Below, piece by piece: positions 39,761-52,694 of a stretch of 64,000 nucleotides of DNA (the first letter of the stretch is position 1; each line of letters starts with the position of its first letter). The position numbers and the translations under genes are program-made. This DNA comes from Lingula anatina (lineage: Eukaryota > Animalia > Brachiopoda). Where the stretch lies: positions 22,878,001 through 22,942,000 of the forward strand of contig CM120646.1 of NCBI GenBank assembly GCA_051362555.1, written 5' to 3'. The notes below the pieces were generated by a model. It was not told the origin of the DNA. It ran no database searches and saw only the letters and a program-made list of their open reading frames with translations.

Positions 39761-40034
39761 TTAGTCGGTTCTGGCCATTTTGATGTTTCTGTCACCGGAG
39801 AAGAGTCTGGCGATCATGGCCTCATTGAGAGCCCAGTCGTAGATCTGGACCTCATCGAGGAAGCCGACCAGGTTGGTGTTGCGGAAACCACCATTGGCCT
39901 CACAGTCCAAGTCTCTGCCCATGTATAGTGGAGCAAGGGTAGCTGGGATAGAACCTGAGGAAAACATAATTTGAGCTCATTATACTCTAATGAAGTAGGC
40001 TTGAATGTAACTTAATTATAATTTGATAATGAAT

Positions 40035-40093
<59 letters not shown>

Positions 40094-41788
40094 TAGATGA
40101 AGCATGTACTTAGAGGTAATACAATAGTCAAAAACATTGAAACTCTCTAGCTTTTTATGTTTTTTTTAGCCGAATCAATTTTAATTGAGACAACATTTCA
40201 TTATAATTTTCTACTCACCAACAGCGATCTCATCCACAGACAGATGTCCGTTGACGTACAGTTTCAGTCTGAGACCATCGTAGACCAGGGCCACGTGGTT
40301 CCAGCCGTTTCCACCGTAGGAGCCAAGATCAACAGTCACCAGGGTGCCGTTGTTGTCGATCAGGACACGGCCGCCAATATGGCCGCGGTCAGAGTACATG
40401 GTGATGGTTGGCTCGATGGCGCAGTTGCCGTTGCTGAGAAGACCCTCACGCTCGTTCTTAGCATGGGCGGCGTTGTCGTACCAGAAAGAGATGGTGAGAG
40501 CAGAGCCCCATGGGTAGTTGTTGAAACGTGGTACCTCGCAATGGACGGTGCCGTTGAAGTGAGCAGCATATCCGACCTTTCCTGGGGCAAGTTCTACACC
40601 AGCGCAGTCAGTCCAGAAGTTGTCGACCTTGGTATCGGTATCCTCATCGAATGGCCACAGGGCGATGGCCTGGAGATCTAGAAGGAAAAGTTTCATTTCT
40701 GAGACAAAAAATCCTTTGTATTGATGAAAATTTCCCTCACGGCTATTTTCATGATTATTTTATAGTATAAGGTTTTGAAAAAGTTTTAAACAAAGGTATA
40801 TGTATTCTGTATGTGTTAACGCTATTCATTTTTGTGCTTTTCGGGACATTGCATGCCATTTGAACCTCGCATATTTACCACACAGCGATTTTTACATACC
40901 TGGAACCATGCACATGCATCTGTGGACGTTGAACTCCCACTGTCCGCAGCTGACATGCTCGATTCTGGTGTCGTCACCGAGGGTCTGGGATCTGTAGAAG
41001 GTGTTGGCATCACCCCACACGGCCAAGTAGGTCCATCCGTCAGGGCCGTCACATTTGCCGTCAAACTGGGGAAGGGTGGTGTAACCGATGGTGGTGGTTG
41101 GTGGGGGAGCTTAACAAGATAAAATTTTTGATAAATGTGTCTGAAGTAATTGCAATAAATGCATCTGCTAGTAATTTAAGGCTGTACTGAATACATCATG
41201 CGATAAAATTTTGTAAGAAAGGAAATTGAAATTATTATTTTTGCGACGCTCTCTCGTCAGCGCTGTTTAGTTTTTAAAGGTGTTTTTAAATTTGAACTGT
41301 CTGTTGTCTTACTTCTTGGTGGGCACTGTGGGTATGGGACCTTGCTGCCTGGGCAGGTGGCGACCTCACAGGGGACACAAGTCACGATGCTGCCGTCGAA
41401 GAGGGTACCTTCGGCACATTCCTTCAAGTGAACCTTAACGTTCAGGTTCTCGTCCAAGTCACACTGAAGGTAGGTTCTGCAGTCTTCTGGGTTCTCGTAG
41501 TAACCGACGCCATTTCTCTCCTCGATGCACTTCTTGCAGAAGTCATTGAATTTGGGAGCTGAAAATAGAACAACGAGAAATAAAATATTGGTTATATGCA
41601 AAAGAAAATGAAGTTAATCACTTAATAAAATTCATTATTGCATTTTATTTTATTTAAGCTTATTTAGTTAAAAAAAACATAGTTGATATAAGCAAAAAAA
41701 GAAAAAAAATAAAGTACTCACCCAAATGATGCTCGTCGTAGACAGCGAAGGCACTGCTGACAAGGGCAAGGAGGACAATGCGCAACAT
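39761..41788 (-). CDS. Pif-like/LamG3-type secreted protein copy 3 (391 aa)
   Basis: Exons 41788-41722, 41558-41313, 41109-40900, 40677-40219, 39954-39761; non-coding exon 42045-42000; TATA 42073-42066. Confidence 0.9.
40039..40090. repeat. (AT)n microsatellite expanded in the last intron of copy 3
   Basis: Long AT run; the same site in copy 2 (~34475) has only a few units. Confidence 0.9.
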
Positions 41789-42044
41789 GGTGAAGCTGGA
41801 AGTGGATAAGTAACAGTCATTCATATTTGCTTGCTTAATATCGACGCTTATATTTTTCTTTCACTGCAACGTTGCTCGATTTAAGGCAGATCCAGATCAA
41901 TTTTAGTAAAACAACCCTCATCATTTCTGTGTATGAAGTGAAACAACTTCGTACCGTCCAACCCAAGATGTAAGACACTGGTATAACTCAGTCACTTACC
42001 TTGTGGTGTAGGTGATCTCTCTAAGCTGTGAGCAGGGAAGATAC

Positions 42045-43729
42045 TGGAACTCTGAGACGTGGGGGTTTATATACCAAAAGAGAAACAAATGCACCCTTCA
42101 TTTTCCTACGTCTGAATAAAAACACAGAACAGCCATTCACAACAGAGGTTAGAGGCAGGCGTCTGTTCAGTAAGACTAATCTGGCACTAATCAGTCACTG
42201 AGCGTCTCATCAGGAATGTCAGTGACAATAACGCGTTCTTAATTTTAGGGAGATGGTCGTTAAGATATCCGCAGATATTATCTAGAAGTGCTGCCGCCCC
42301 TGTACATTTTCCAAATCCTTAGAACACGAGAGTCTGTGGCTGTTCAGACAGATTATTGTTGTCAGAGATGGTGTCAGTAGTGGCATTATGTGTTATAGCG
42401 TGGGACTTAACCGATCTTACAACAGTCAATTTATAAAGTTCTCATAAAGGGATATTTTGAAATTGCATATGGCTATGTGTTACAACCCGATGTCTATCTG
42501 TCAACATCACAAGCACACCTCTAATATTATGTGTTCTACAGAGCTTTTAAATTTGTTTTATTGCGTGATAGTGAGAGGTATGACAATGCTAAAATATTGA
42601 TCAAACCGAGAGCATCTATGGATAGGACGACAGAAATTTAAATGTTGATCTTCAAAACACGTTCAGTTTAAGCATATGGTGGAACAAAAAGCTGATAATA
42701 TTGCGATTAAGGAAAATTCCCGTAACTTTGGTAGTCAAATTCACACATATTCAAGTCTGATATGAAAGAATTCACATACCTTAATTTAAACAGCATATGA
42801 CTATACTGTAAAAGAGTGTTATTGACAATAGCAAATGTTATACGAGTGAAATGTAAAAAAAAAAAAAAAAAACTTAAAAAGGTTATTAACCTTCCGTAAG
42901 CCTAAAAAACTGCAACCGGGCTAGCACAAGTTTTCTCGTAGGTTTTATTCTATTTTAATCTGCCGTTGCAATAATATTTTCATTTTAGTTCAAGTTTTCA
43001 TAATATTACAATAATTATTTTATTTCATTTTGGTGTCTAATGATATTACAAGGATTATTTTGTTTTATTTTGATGTTTTATTATCTAACAATAATCTTTT
43101 TATTGATTTTGATGTAGGAGAATATTACACATAACATTGGAGTGATAAGCATCGATGGGGGGCTGTGTAGTCTTATTTATAAAAAAATAATATTAATAAG
43201 ATAAATTATTTGTATAATCAAGTCAGATATATTATGTGCACGTTATATTTTAGTCTTTACAATGATTAGTTTTCATTTTACACTATTCGTCCCACACTTG
43301 TTATGTCAGGTAGAAAATTTGTCTACTGTCATACACTATTCTACCAAATGAATAAATAACATGAACAAGAAATAAAGTAATTAGCACGAGGCACGTGCAT
43401 AGTATAATCCCTTAGGTGAGATATTCGACACTATTCATGATCACAATCATCACTGTTACTGTGCCCAGTCACATGTTCTACATATACTGTCAATACATAT
43501 CTGTGAATATCTAAACGTCGGTCTTTACACGCCAAGAATGCCTTATTAACACTGGCATTGTTAACGAGCCGTTGCGTGACTGATAATTGTCAGGTAATTA
43601 TCACCAAACAGACGTCTGCCTCTAACCCTTGCTGTGAATGGCCGCACTGTGACTTGATTCAGACATGGGATAGTGAAGAGAGCATTTGTTTCTCTCTCGG
43701 TATATAAACCCCCACGTCTCAGAGGTCCA
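42045..43729. promoter_or_regulatory. Divergent promoter region between copies 3 and 4
   Basis: TATATAAA boxes at 42073-42066 (-) and 43701-43708 (+), each about 28 nt before a CCAGT initiator and the shared non-coding exon. Confidence 0.75.
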
Positions 43730-44187
43730 GTATCTTCCCTGCTCACAGCTTAGAGAGATCACCTACACCACAAGGTAAGTGACTGAGATGTACAGGTGTC
43801 TAAGATCTGAAGTAGACGATACCATGTTGTCTCACTTCTTACTCAGAAAGGTTTAGGATTGCTTTGCTAATACGGAAAGAAATATGACATTATCTGTATC
43901 TTTCTTCGTTTCTCTCAATGCTGTCTTTAAATGCAGCATCGAATGCCTTTGCAAAATGGTCAAATATATCAAGGCGGCAAGGTAAAGGTACATATAGTAA
44001 CTCACTTTAACTTCGGCAGTATTAAACAGAAATGATTGCCGGAAAAAATTGACAAATTATGTCTGTTTTTATTGGTTGTTGAGTGGATCTCCGTTAAATA
44101 GAGAAACACCTCAGCGAAGTAAATATAAGTGTCGAAATTAAACAAGCAAATATGAATGAATGTTAATAATTCATTTCCAGCTTCACC

Positions 44188-46194
44188 ATGTTGCGCCTTG
44201 TCCTTCTTGCCCTTGTCAGCAGTGCCTTCGCTGTCTACGACAAGCATCATTTGGGTGAGTATTTAATCTTTTCTCTTGATAATATCAATCAGATTTTTAA
44301 CTAAATAAGCTAAAATAAAATAGAATGCGATAATAAATTTAATAAAGTGATTAACTAGATTTTCTTTTGTATATAGCCAATAATTTATTTCTCGATATTC
44401 TATTTTCAGCTCCCAAATTCAATGACTTCTGCAAGAAGTGCATCGAAGAGAGAAATGGCGTCGGTTACTACGAGAACCCAGAAGACTGCAGAACTTACCT
44501 CCAGTGCGACTTGGACGAGGCCCTGAACGTTAAGGTTCACTTGAAGGAATGTGCCGAAGGTACCCTGTTCGACGGCAGCATCGTGACTTGTGTCCCCTGT
44601 GAGGTCGCCACCTGCCCAGGCAGCAAGGTCCCATACCCACAGTGCCCACCAAGAAGTAAGTTAACAGAATCGTCACATTTCGAAGTACTTTTAAAAAAGC
44701 TCAACAGCGCTGGCGAGATAGTGTTACAAAATAACAATTTCAATTTTTTTTTAAATAGTTTTATTGTGTTGTATGCAGTACAACCATGAAGTACTAGCAA
44801 ATACCTTTATTTCAATTAACCAGACTCACTAACCAACCGTTTCTTCTTCTTAAGCTCCCCCACCAACCACCACCATCGGTTACACCACCCTTCCCCAGTT
44901 TGACGGCAAATGTGACGGCCCTGACGGATGGACCTACTTGGCCGTCTGGGGTGATGCCAACACCTTCTACAGATCCCAGACCCTCGGTGACGACACCAGA
45001 ATTGAGCGTGTCAGCTGCGGACAGTGGGAGTTCAACGTCCACAGATGCATGTGCATGGTTCCAGGTATGTAAAAAACGCTGTGTGGTAAATACGCGAGGT
45101 TCACATGGCATGCAATGTCCCGATAAGCACAAAAATGAATAGCGTTAACACATACAGAACACATATACCTTTCTTTAAAACTTTTTCAAAACCCTATACT
45201 ATAAAATAATCATAAAAATAGCCGTGAGGGAAATTTTTATCAACACAAAGGATTTTCTGTCTTAAAAATGAAACTTTTCCTTCTAGATCTCCAGGCTATC
45301 GCCCTGTGGCCATTCGATGAGGATACCGACACCAAGGTCGACAATTTCTGGACTGACTGCGCTGGTGTAGAACTTGCCCCAGGAAAGGTCGGATATGCTG
45401 CTCACTTCAACGGCACCGTCCACTGCGAGGTCCCACGTTTCAACAACTACCCATGGGGCTCTGCCCTCACCATCTCTTTCTGGTACGACAACGCCGCTCA
45501 TGCTAAGAACGAGCGTGAAGGTCTTCTCAGCAACGGCAACTGCGCCATCGAGCCAACCATCACCATGTACTCTGACCGCGGCCATATTGGCGGCCGTGTC
45601 CTCATCGACAACAACGGTACCCTCGTGACTGTTGATCTTGGCTCCTACGGTGGAAACGGCTGGAACCACGTGGCCCTGGTCTACGATGGTCTCAGACTGA
45701 AACTGTACGTCAACGGACACCTGTCTGTGGATGAGATCGCTGTTGGTGAGTAGAAATGAACAGGAAAAAGTTGTCTTCTATTTTCAGTCATATTCGGAAT
45801 TTAAAACTAACCGTGAAGCCCAGGTGCGTTTTTTTTGTTGTTGTTGTAATTTTTTTACCGATAGCCAGACAGTTGCAAAGTTGTTGACTTTTGTAGTACA
45901 TCGAAACATATACATCACTGCGATATTTATTATCAAATGGTAAGTTACATTCAAGCCTACTTCATTAGAGTATAATGAGCTCAAATTATCTTTTCCTCAG
46001 GTTCTATCCCAGCTACCCTTGCTCCACTATACATGGGCAGAGACTTGGACTGTGAGGCCAATGGCGGTTTCCGCAACACCAACCTGGTCGGCTTCCTCGA
46101 TGAGGTCCAGATCTACGACTGGGCTCTCAATGAGGCCATGATCGCCAGACTCTTCTCCGGTGACAGAAACATCAAAATGGCCAGAACCGACTAA
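44188..46194 (+). CDS. Pif-like/LamG3-type secreted protein copy 4 (391 aa)
   Basis: Exons 44188-44254, 44410-44655, 44855-45064, 45287-45745, 46001-46194; non-coding exon 43729-43774; AATAAA at 46672. Confidence 0.9.
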
Positions 46195-47025
46195 ATCCAT
46201 AACGCCACACCCCTTTCTGCGCTTTGTGCTAGAGCATGTTAACCAAACATTGATGAACTGTTTTAAAATGCTGGGATTTCTTGGCCGATCATTTCTGAAC
46301 AAGATCATGAAGGCTGTGTAGCCCCCTATGACTCTTTGTTTGATGATATGTTAACTGCGGAGAACAGAGCAACAGATGTTGTTACCAGTATATTCGTTTA
46401 TAGGAATGCCCTCAATTGCCCCATATCGGGTTCGAGGATACTCTGCGTTCCTTGCACCTATACACCCACGATATTTTACTTTAATGTCACCATGCATGTG
46501 TTGTTAAACGGCATATTTAAAATCGTGGACGTTGTTTCTCCCTTCTCCTTACCTTTTTCATTTCATTTTAAGTTTCTTAACCTCTTAAAGTAAATGTTCC
46601 ATATTCTTTCCCCGTTTGTTATGCATAATTTTATTTAAACAATTTGTACTTGGACCTTTTTTAAATTATGAAATAAAATTATGTACATTTATGAATGAAA
46701 TTATGGCTTTTGTATTATCACTTTGTTGTACGCTACATTTGTGTTAATATATTCTCATATATTTTAATTTTGTTTTGAAAGATAAGTTGAAACCTTAATA
46801 CCGTCAGTGCGCAGAAAAGAGCAGTTATTTCTTTAAAATCTACAACTAGTACTTTGCTTTTCTTTTAATCTCTAATCTGTATATATATATATATATATAA
46901 GGGAATAAGACTATCCAGATAAATAGCCTCTATACATGCCCCTTAACAAATGCCTTAGAAAAGACAGTTACAAGTCACCGTCAGAGAGAAATCGTCTTTG
47001 GAAATCATATCAGTCCACCATGACA

Positions 47026-47056
<31 letters not shown>

Positions 47057-50000
47057 GAGCAAAATCGGCTAAACATTATTAAAGGACATACCCTACCCAG
47101 TACAAAGGCTATGAAATAATGTAATCTTATGGAACCAAATCTTTTAAAATAAAACGTAAGTGGACATTTAATCACCATTAAACTTGAGTAAATTTTTTTC
47201 TTATTTCTTGGGTTACAGCCTCCGGTTATTCGTTTGCAAATCCAATGTATGAAAATCTCAGAATCACACGTAAACGCCTCTGTCGAGTGACATTTTAAAA
47301 TGACTCGGATACCTACCTGGCAAAAGTCTGACATGCCTATACTGGTCTAGCGGCATGGCTCCTTTTTGTATGAAGAGTTTACTTTAATCAAATACTTTGA
47401 CCAAATGAAATAATAACGAAAAATCAAATCGACAGTTAGTATTTATTAAATTTTTAATGAAGTATGTTTTTGAAAAGTTTGACATAAAAAATTGACAATA
47501 TATTTAGTAAAGAATTTCATCGGCTGTTTTACAACTCGGTCATAATACAGCTATTTAAATCAATAGTTAAAAAAGGTTAATTTTCGCATTCTGCTATTTT
47601 AATGCCCATCGTGTCACTCTCATCGGGGATATCTTAGCTGGTTGTATACCTTAGGACGTTAGCATAATTTTCTGTGATGTTTTTAGGTGTAGTTGAGATA
47701 TCATTAATTTTTTGAATACATAATCAAATCAAATTTTTGTATTTCTCCTCAAACCTTTCGTAATCTGAACTACACTTTCTGTACACACTGCTACATATAC
47801 TGTATATGGGGACTTGTCGGCAACCAGAACAAAATCTCAGGAGTTAGCTCTCCTGATTTACACTCTCTGATATACATGTATACCCTCTACTAGTCTATAC
47901 TGATACGTTCTGGTGTAGTACCTAGGTGTACGCAAACATAGTACACTATCGAAAATATTAAATGGGAATGCAAAAGAAAAAATTACGTGCACGTCGGCAA
48001 CCATATTTGATATGGAAATCCATCGCAGACACAACGAGGCATGATTCATAGTATCGCTGAACGTTATGTTGACAATAGAATGCCTTTTTTTCAAAATACA
48101 ATTTTCTAATGGAAAATATTAAAAAAACATTCATTCAAGATAACAAGATTAAATAGGTGCAGTATTTGAGTTTATGAAGTTTGAGTCTGTTGAAAGAAGC
48201 ACTTATTTTTGCATCTAAGAACTTTTGTCTCCCGATTTAGATCAAAATGTTGAGACATATAATGATCTGTGCCTTATTTTGCGTCTGAGTTTTAAAATAA
48301 CACACCTTTCTAACCTCCACTAAAACACCTTAGCTGATGATCAAGGTCCCATTCAGCCACTATAGGTCACCAAGAAGTGTCGTTCCATTTTTGCATTTAT
48401 TTTCTAATACTGTTTTGGAATTTTCTTAGAGTTTATGAAAGGGGTAATTGTCATTTACATATCCCATGAGTACAGGTCAAGTACTTTCACAATAAAACAT
48501 GAAAAAAGATTAGTAATAGTGCCGCAACTGTTTTAACAGTGTCAGTGACAATAATTCTTAATTTAGGGAGATGTTAGTTAAGATATCCTCAGATATTATC
48601 TAGAAGTGCTGCCGCCCCTGTATATTTTCCAAATCTGTAGAACACGAGAGTCTGTGACTGTTCAGACAGATTATTGTTGTCAGAGGTGGTGTCAGTAGTG
48701 GCATTATGTGTTATAGCGTGGGATACATGAATACGTCTTCTATTAGGACATAACAGCAGTCGATTTATGTGCAAGTTGTGGAATCCAATATGATTTTTAC
48801 ACAAAGAGTACTTGTCTTTGACTGATTCAGACAGGTTATTATTGCTACCGGTGGTATCAATGATAGAATTATTAATAACGTCGTTGGGAACGATTAATAT
48901 CACATAAGGACTAAAATTACGCACTGCAGTCGATGAACGCAGCTAATGTGGCTCATATAGTACAAACAAGGGGATATTTGGAAAGCAACACTTTATATGT
49001 GATCAGATATTATCTGATGTGTAAGGTTAAGTGTTCTCCCAGCTTGAAAATTAATTTCAGTGCAGAGTTATATTTTGTTTACAGAGAAGGCGTTAAAACG
49101 TTTTATATCTTGTGACAGAAGTCTGAGGTAGTAAAACGTTAAAATATAGACCAAGCGCGGATCGGAGCTTACCTGGGTGGGACGACCGAAATATAAAGGA
49201 TGATCTTCAAAACACGCTCACTATAAACATTTTTATAAGGCTGATATTGCCATTTATGGAAAATGTTTGTTGCTTTGGTTGCCAAATTAACAATAACACA
49301 CAGCTTAAATCTAAGTCTGCATATGAAACAAATATTTTAAAGCAGACGCCTGTCTATTTATAACCATGACGTTAGCTAATGTCACACGAGAAGATTGATA
49401 TTGGAGTATCTTTTTAAGAAAACTAACAACCCTTTTTAGCCTCAAAAGCCTATTTACGGGTGTTGTCAAATTTGCTCATAGGTTTTTAATTTGGTGTTTA
49501 ATAATATTATATATATAACATTAGAATGAACATTAACAATCTAAGGCCGAGAAATGAAAATAATAATAACAAATATTTGTAAAATGATATTGATATATAA
49601 CGAGAGCAAGTAGTCTTCAAATAATTTTATAACTATTTGCTTCAAACTAGACAAATTAGATCGATAGAAAACGGTTACTATGAACAAAAGAATACATTAA
49701 ATTAATATAAGGCATTGCCATATGGCAAGTACATGACTCCTTTGGGTGAATTATTGTACGTAATTCGTGACCACAATCATCAGTGTCAATGAACATAGTC
49801 ACACATTATCTTACATATACTGTACATACCCCAGCGTGCAGAAAAGGTGGGAAGCGGCACTGTCAATAAATATTATCTGTGAATATCTAAATGTCGCTCT
49901 TTACACACCAAGAAAACCTTATTATCACTGACATTGCTAACGAGCCGTTGCGTGACTGATCATTGTCAGATAATTATCACCGAACAGACGCCTGCCTCTC

Positions 50001-50458
50001 ATCACCGTTGTGAATGGCTGTACTGTGCCTTCGTTCAGACTTGGGATAGTGAAGAGAGCATTTGTTTCTCTCTCGGTATATAAACCCCCACGTCTCAGAG
50101 GTCCAGTATCTTCCCTGCTCACAGCTTAGAGAGATCACCTACACCACAAGGTAAGTAACTGAGATATACAGGTGTCTAACATCAAGGGTAGTTGTCTCAC
50201 TTCTTACTCAGGATTAGGATTCTTTTACTTCTGTTTGGAAAAGAAAGTTACCTCAATCAGCCTCATTAACTTTCAACGGTGTCGTTGCACACAGTATCAA
50301 ATGCTTTTGTAAAGTTATCAAGGTAGAAACTAACCTAACTTGGGGCGGGACCAGACAGAAAAACGTGCCTTTTAAAATTGACCAGGCACTTTATTACAAC
50401 GTCGGTGCAATTCCGGGTAAAGAAAATATAATGTAATATATTCATTTCCAGCTTCACC

Positions 50459-52694
50459 ATGTTGCGCCTTGTCCTCCTTGCCCTTGTCAGCAGTGCCTTC
50501 GCTGTCTACGACGAGCATCATTTGGGTGAGTACTTTATTTTTTTTCTTTTTTTGCTTATATCAACTATGTTTTTTAACTAAATAAGCTTAAATAAAATAA
50601 AATGCGATAATGAATTTTATTAAGTGATTAACTTCATTTTCTTTTGCATAAAACCAATGTTTTATTTCTCGATGTTCTATTTTCATCTCCTAAATTTTTC
50701 CTTTTTTCTTGCTGATATCAACTAAATTTGTTCTTAAATAAAAATATCGAATGCGATAATAAAAAGTTATTAAGTGATTTACTTGATTTCATTGTGTATT
50801 TAACCAATATTACATTTCTCGATGTTCTATTTTCAGCTCCCAAATTCAATGACTTCTGCAAGAAGTGCATTGAAGAGAGAAATGGTGTCGGTTACTACGA
50901 GAACCCAGAAGACTGCAGAACTTACCTCCAGTGCGACTTGGACGAGAACCTGAACGTTAAGGTTCACTTGAAGGAATGTGCCGAAGGTACCCTCTTCGAC
51001 GGCAGCATCGTGACTTGTGTCCCCTGTGAGGTCGCCACCTGCCCAGGCAGCAAGGTCCCATACCCACAGTGCCCACCAAGAAGTAAGTTAACAGAATTGT
51101 CACATTTCGAAGTACTTTTAAAAAAGCTCAACAGCGCTGGCGAGAGAGTGATGCAAAATAACAATTTCAATTTTCTTTTTTTTAAATAGTTTTATTGTAT
51201 GATGCAGTTGAATTCAGTACAACCATGAAGTACTAGCAAATACCTTTATTTCAATTAACCAGACTCACTAACCAACCGTTTCTTCTTGTTAAGCTCCACC
51301 ACCAACCACCACCATCGGTTACACCACCCTTCCCCAGTTTGACGGCAAATGTGACGGCCCTGACGGATGGACCTACTTGGCCGTCTGGGGTGATGCCAAC
51401 ACCTTCTACAGATCCCAGACCCTCGGTGACGACACCAGAATCGAGCGTGTCAGCTGCGGACAGTGGGAGTTCAACGTTCACAGATGCATGTGCATGGTTC
51501 CAGGTATGTAAAAATCTCTGTGTGGTATTGACATTAACATAAACATTTTCTGTAAAAGGCAAAGTCGCAACCTGCATCAAATTTGTGTGCAAAATCTCGA
51601 CTTCGATGTGTTTTTTTTTTTTTTTTTTTTTTTTTTTTTGTCTTAAATATAATTATAAGTTGACAAGGCAAGTACAGAACGTTTCTTTTCCAAATGTACT
51701 AGTGCTTGTATCTTATTCAGATAGCATACCGGTTAATTTATTTCAAAAAGCACCATTACTTACCTTGATAATTTCTTCTAGATCTCCAGGCTATCGCCCT
51801 GTGGCCATTCGATGAGGATACCGACACCAAGGTCGACAACTTCTGGACTGACTGCGCTGGTGTAGAACTTGCCCCAGGAAAGGTCGGATATGCTGCTCAC
51901 TTCAACGGCACCGTCCACTGCGAGGTCCCACGTTTCAACAACTACCCATGGGGCTCTGCCCTCACCATCTCTTTCTGGTACGACAACGCCGCTCATGCTA
52001 AGAACGAGCGTGAGGGTCTTCTCAGCAACGGCAACTGCGCCATCGAGCCAACCATCACCATGTACTCTGACCGCGGCCATATTGGTGGCCGTGTCCTGAT
52101 CGACAACAACGGCACCCTGGTGACTGTTGATCTTGGCTCCTACGGTGGAAACGGCTGGAACCACGTGGCCCTGGTCTACGATGGTCTCAGACTGAAACTG
52201 TACGTCAACGGACATCTGTCTGTGGATGAGATCGCTGTTGGTACGTACGGATTTTCGTTTTGATTGAATTTAGTTAGTTTACCTAAGGCTTAATAGTTTA
52301 CCTCAAGTACAACCAAGTTGTGCAAAAACTACCAAATACACGGAATAATCAACAATGTGCACAAGATGTACGGTTTTGTTCTGTGCTAAATGTCGTGCAC
52401 TTAAAAATGAGCCATTGATAATCATGGAGTGGGTTAAGTTCCGGTCGGTAAACCCAATTTTCAATAACATAAGTTATCATTTTTGCTTTGTTTTCCTTAG
52501 GTTCTATCCCAGCTACCCTTGCTCCATTGTACATGGGCAGAGACTTGGACTGTGAGGCCAAAGGCCTTTTCCGCAACACCAACCTGGTCGGCTTCCTCGA
52601 TGAGGTCCAGATCTACGACTGGGCTCTCAATGAGGCCATGATCTCCAGACTCTTCTCCGGTGACAGAAACATCAAAATGGCCAGAACCGACTAA
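50459..52694 (+). CDS. Pif-like/LamG3-type secreted protein copy 5 (391 aa)
   Basis: Exons 50459-50525, 50837-51082, 51294-51503, 51782-52240, 52501-52694; non-coding exon 50105-50150; TATA 50077-50084. Confidence 0.9.

Noticed and set aside
43729-44190. Iron-responsive element in the array genes' 5' UTR
   Set aside because: No CAGUGN loop on a 5-bp stem with a bulged C.
44900-45142. Mucin-like ORFs MTANVTALTDGPTW... and MPQERSD...
   Set aside because: Wrong-frame translations of exons 4 and 5; splice phases give the Cys-containing chitin-binding-like and LamG frames.
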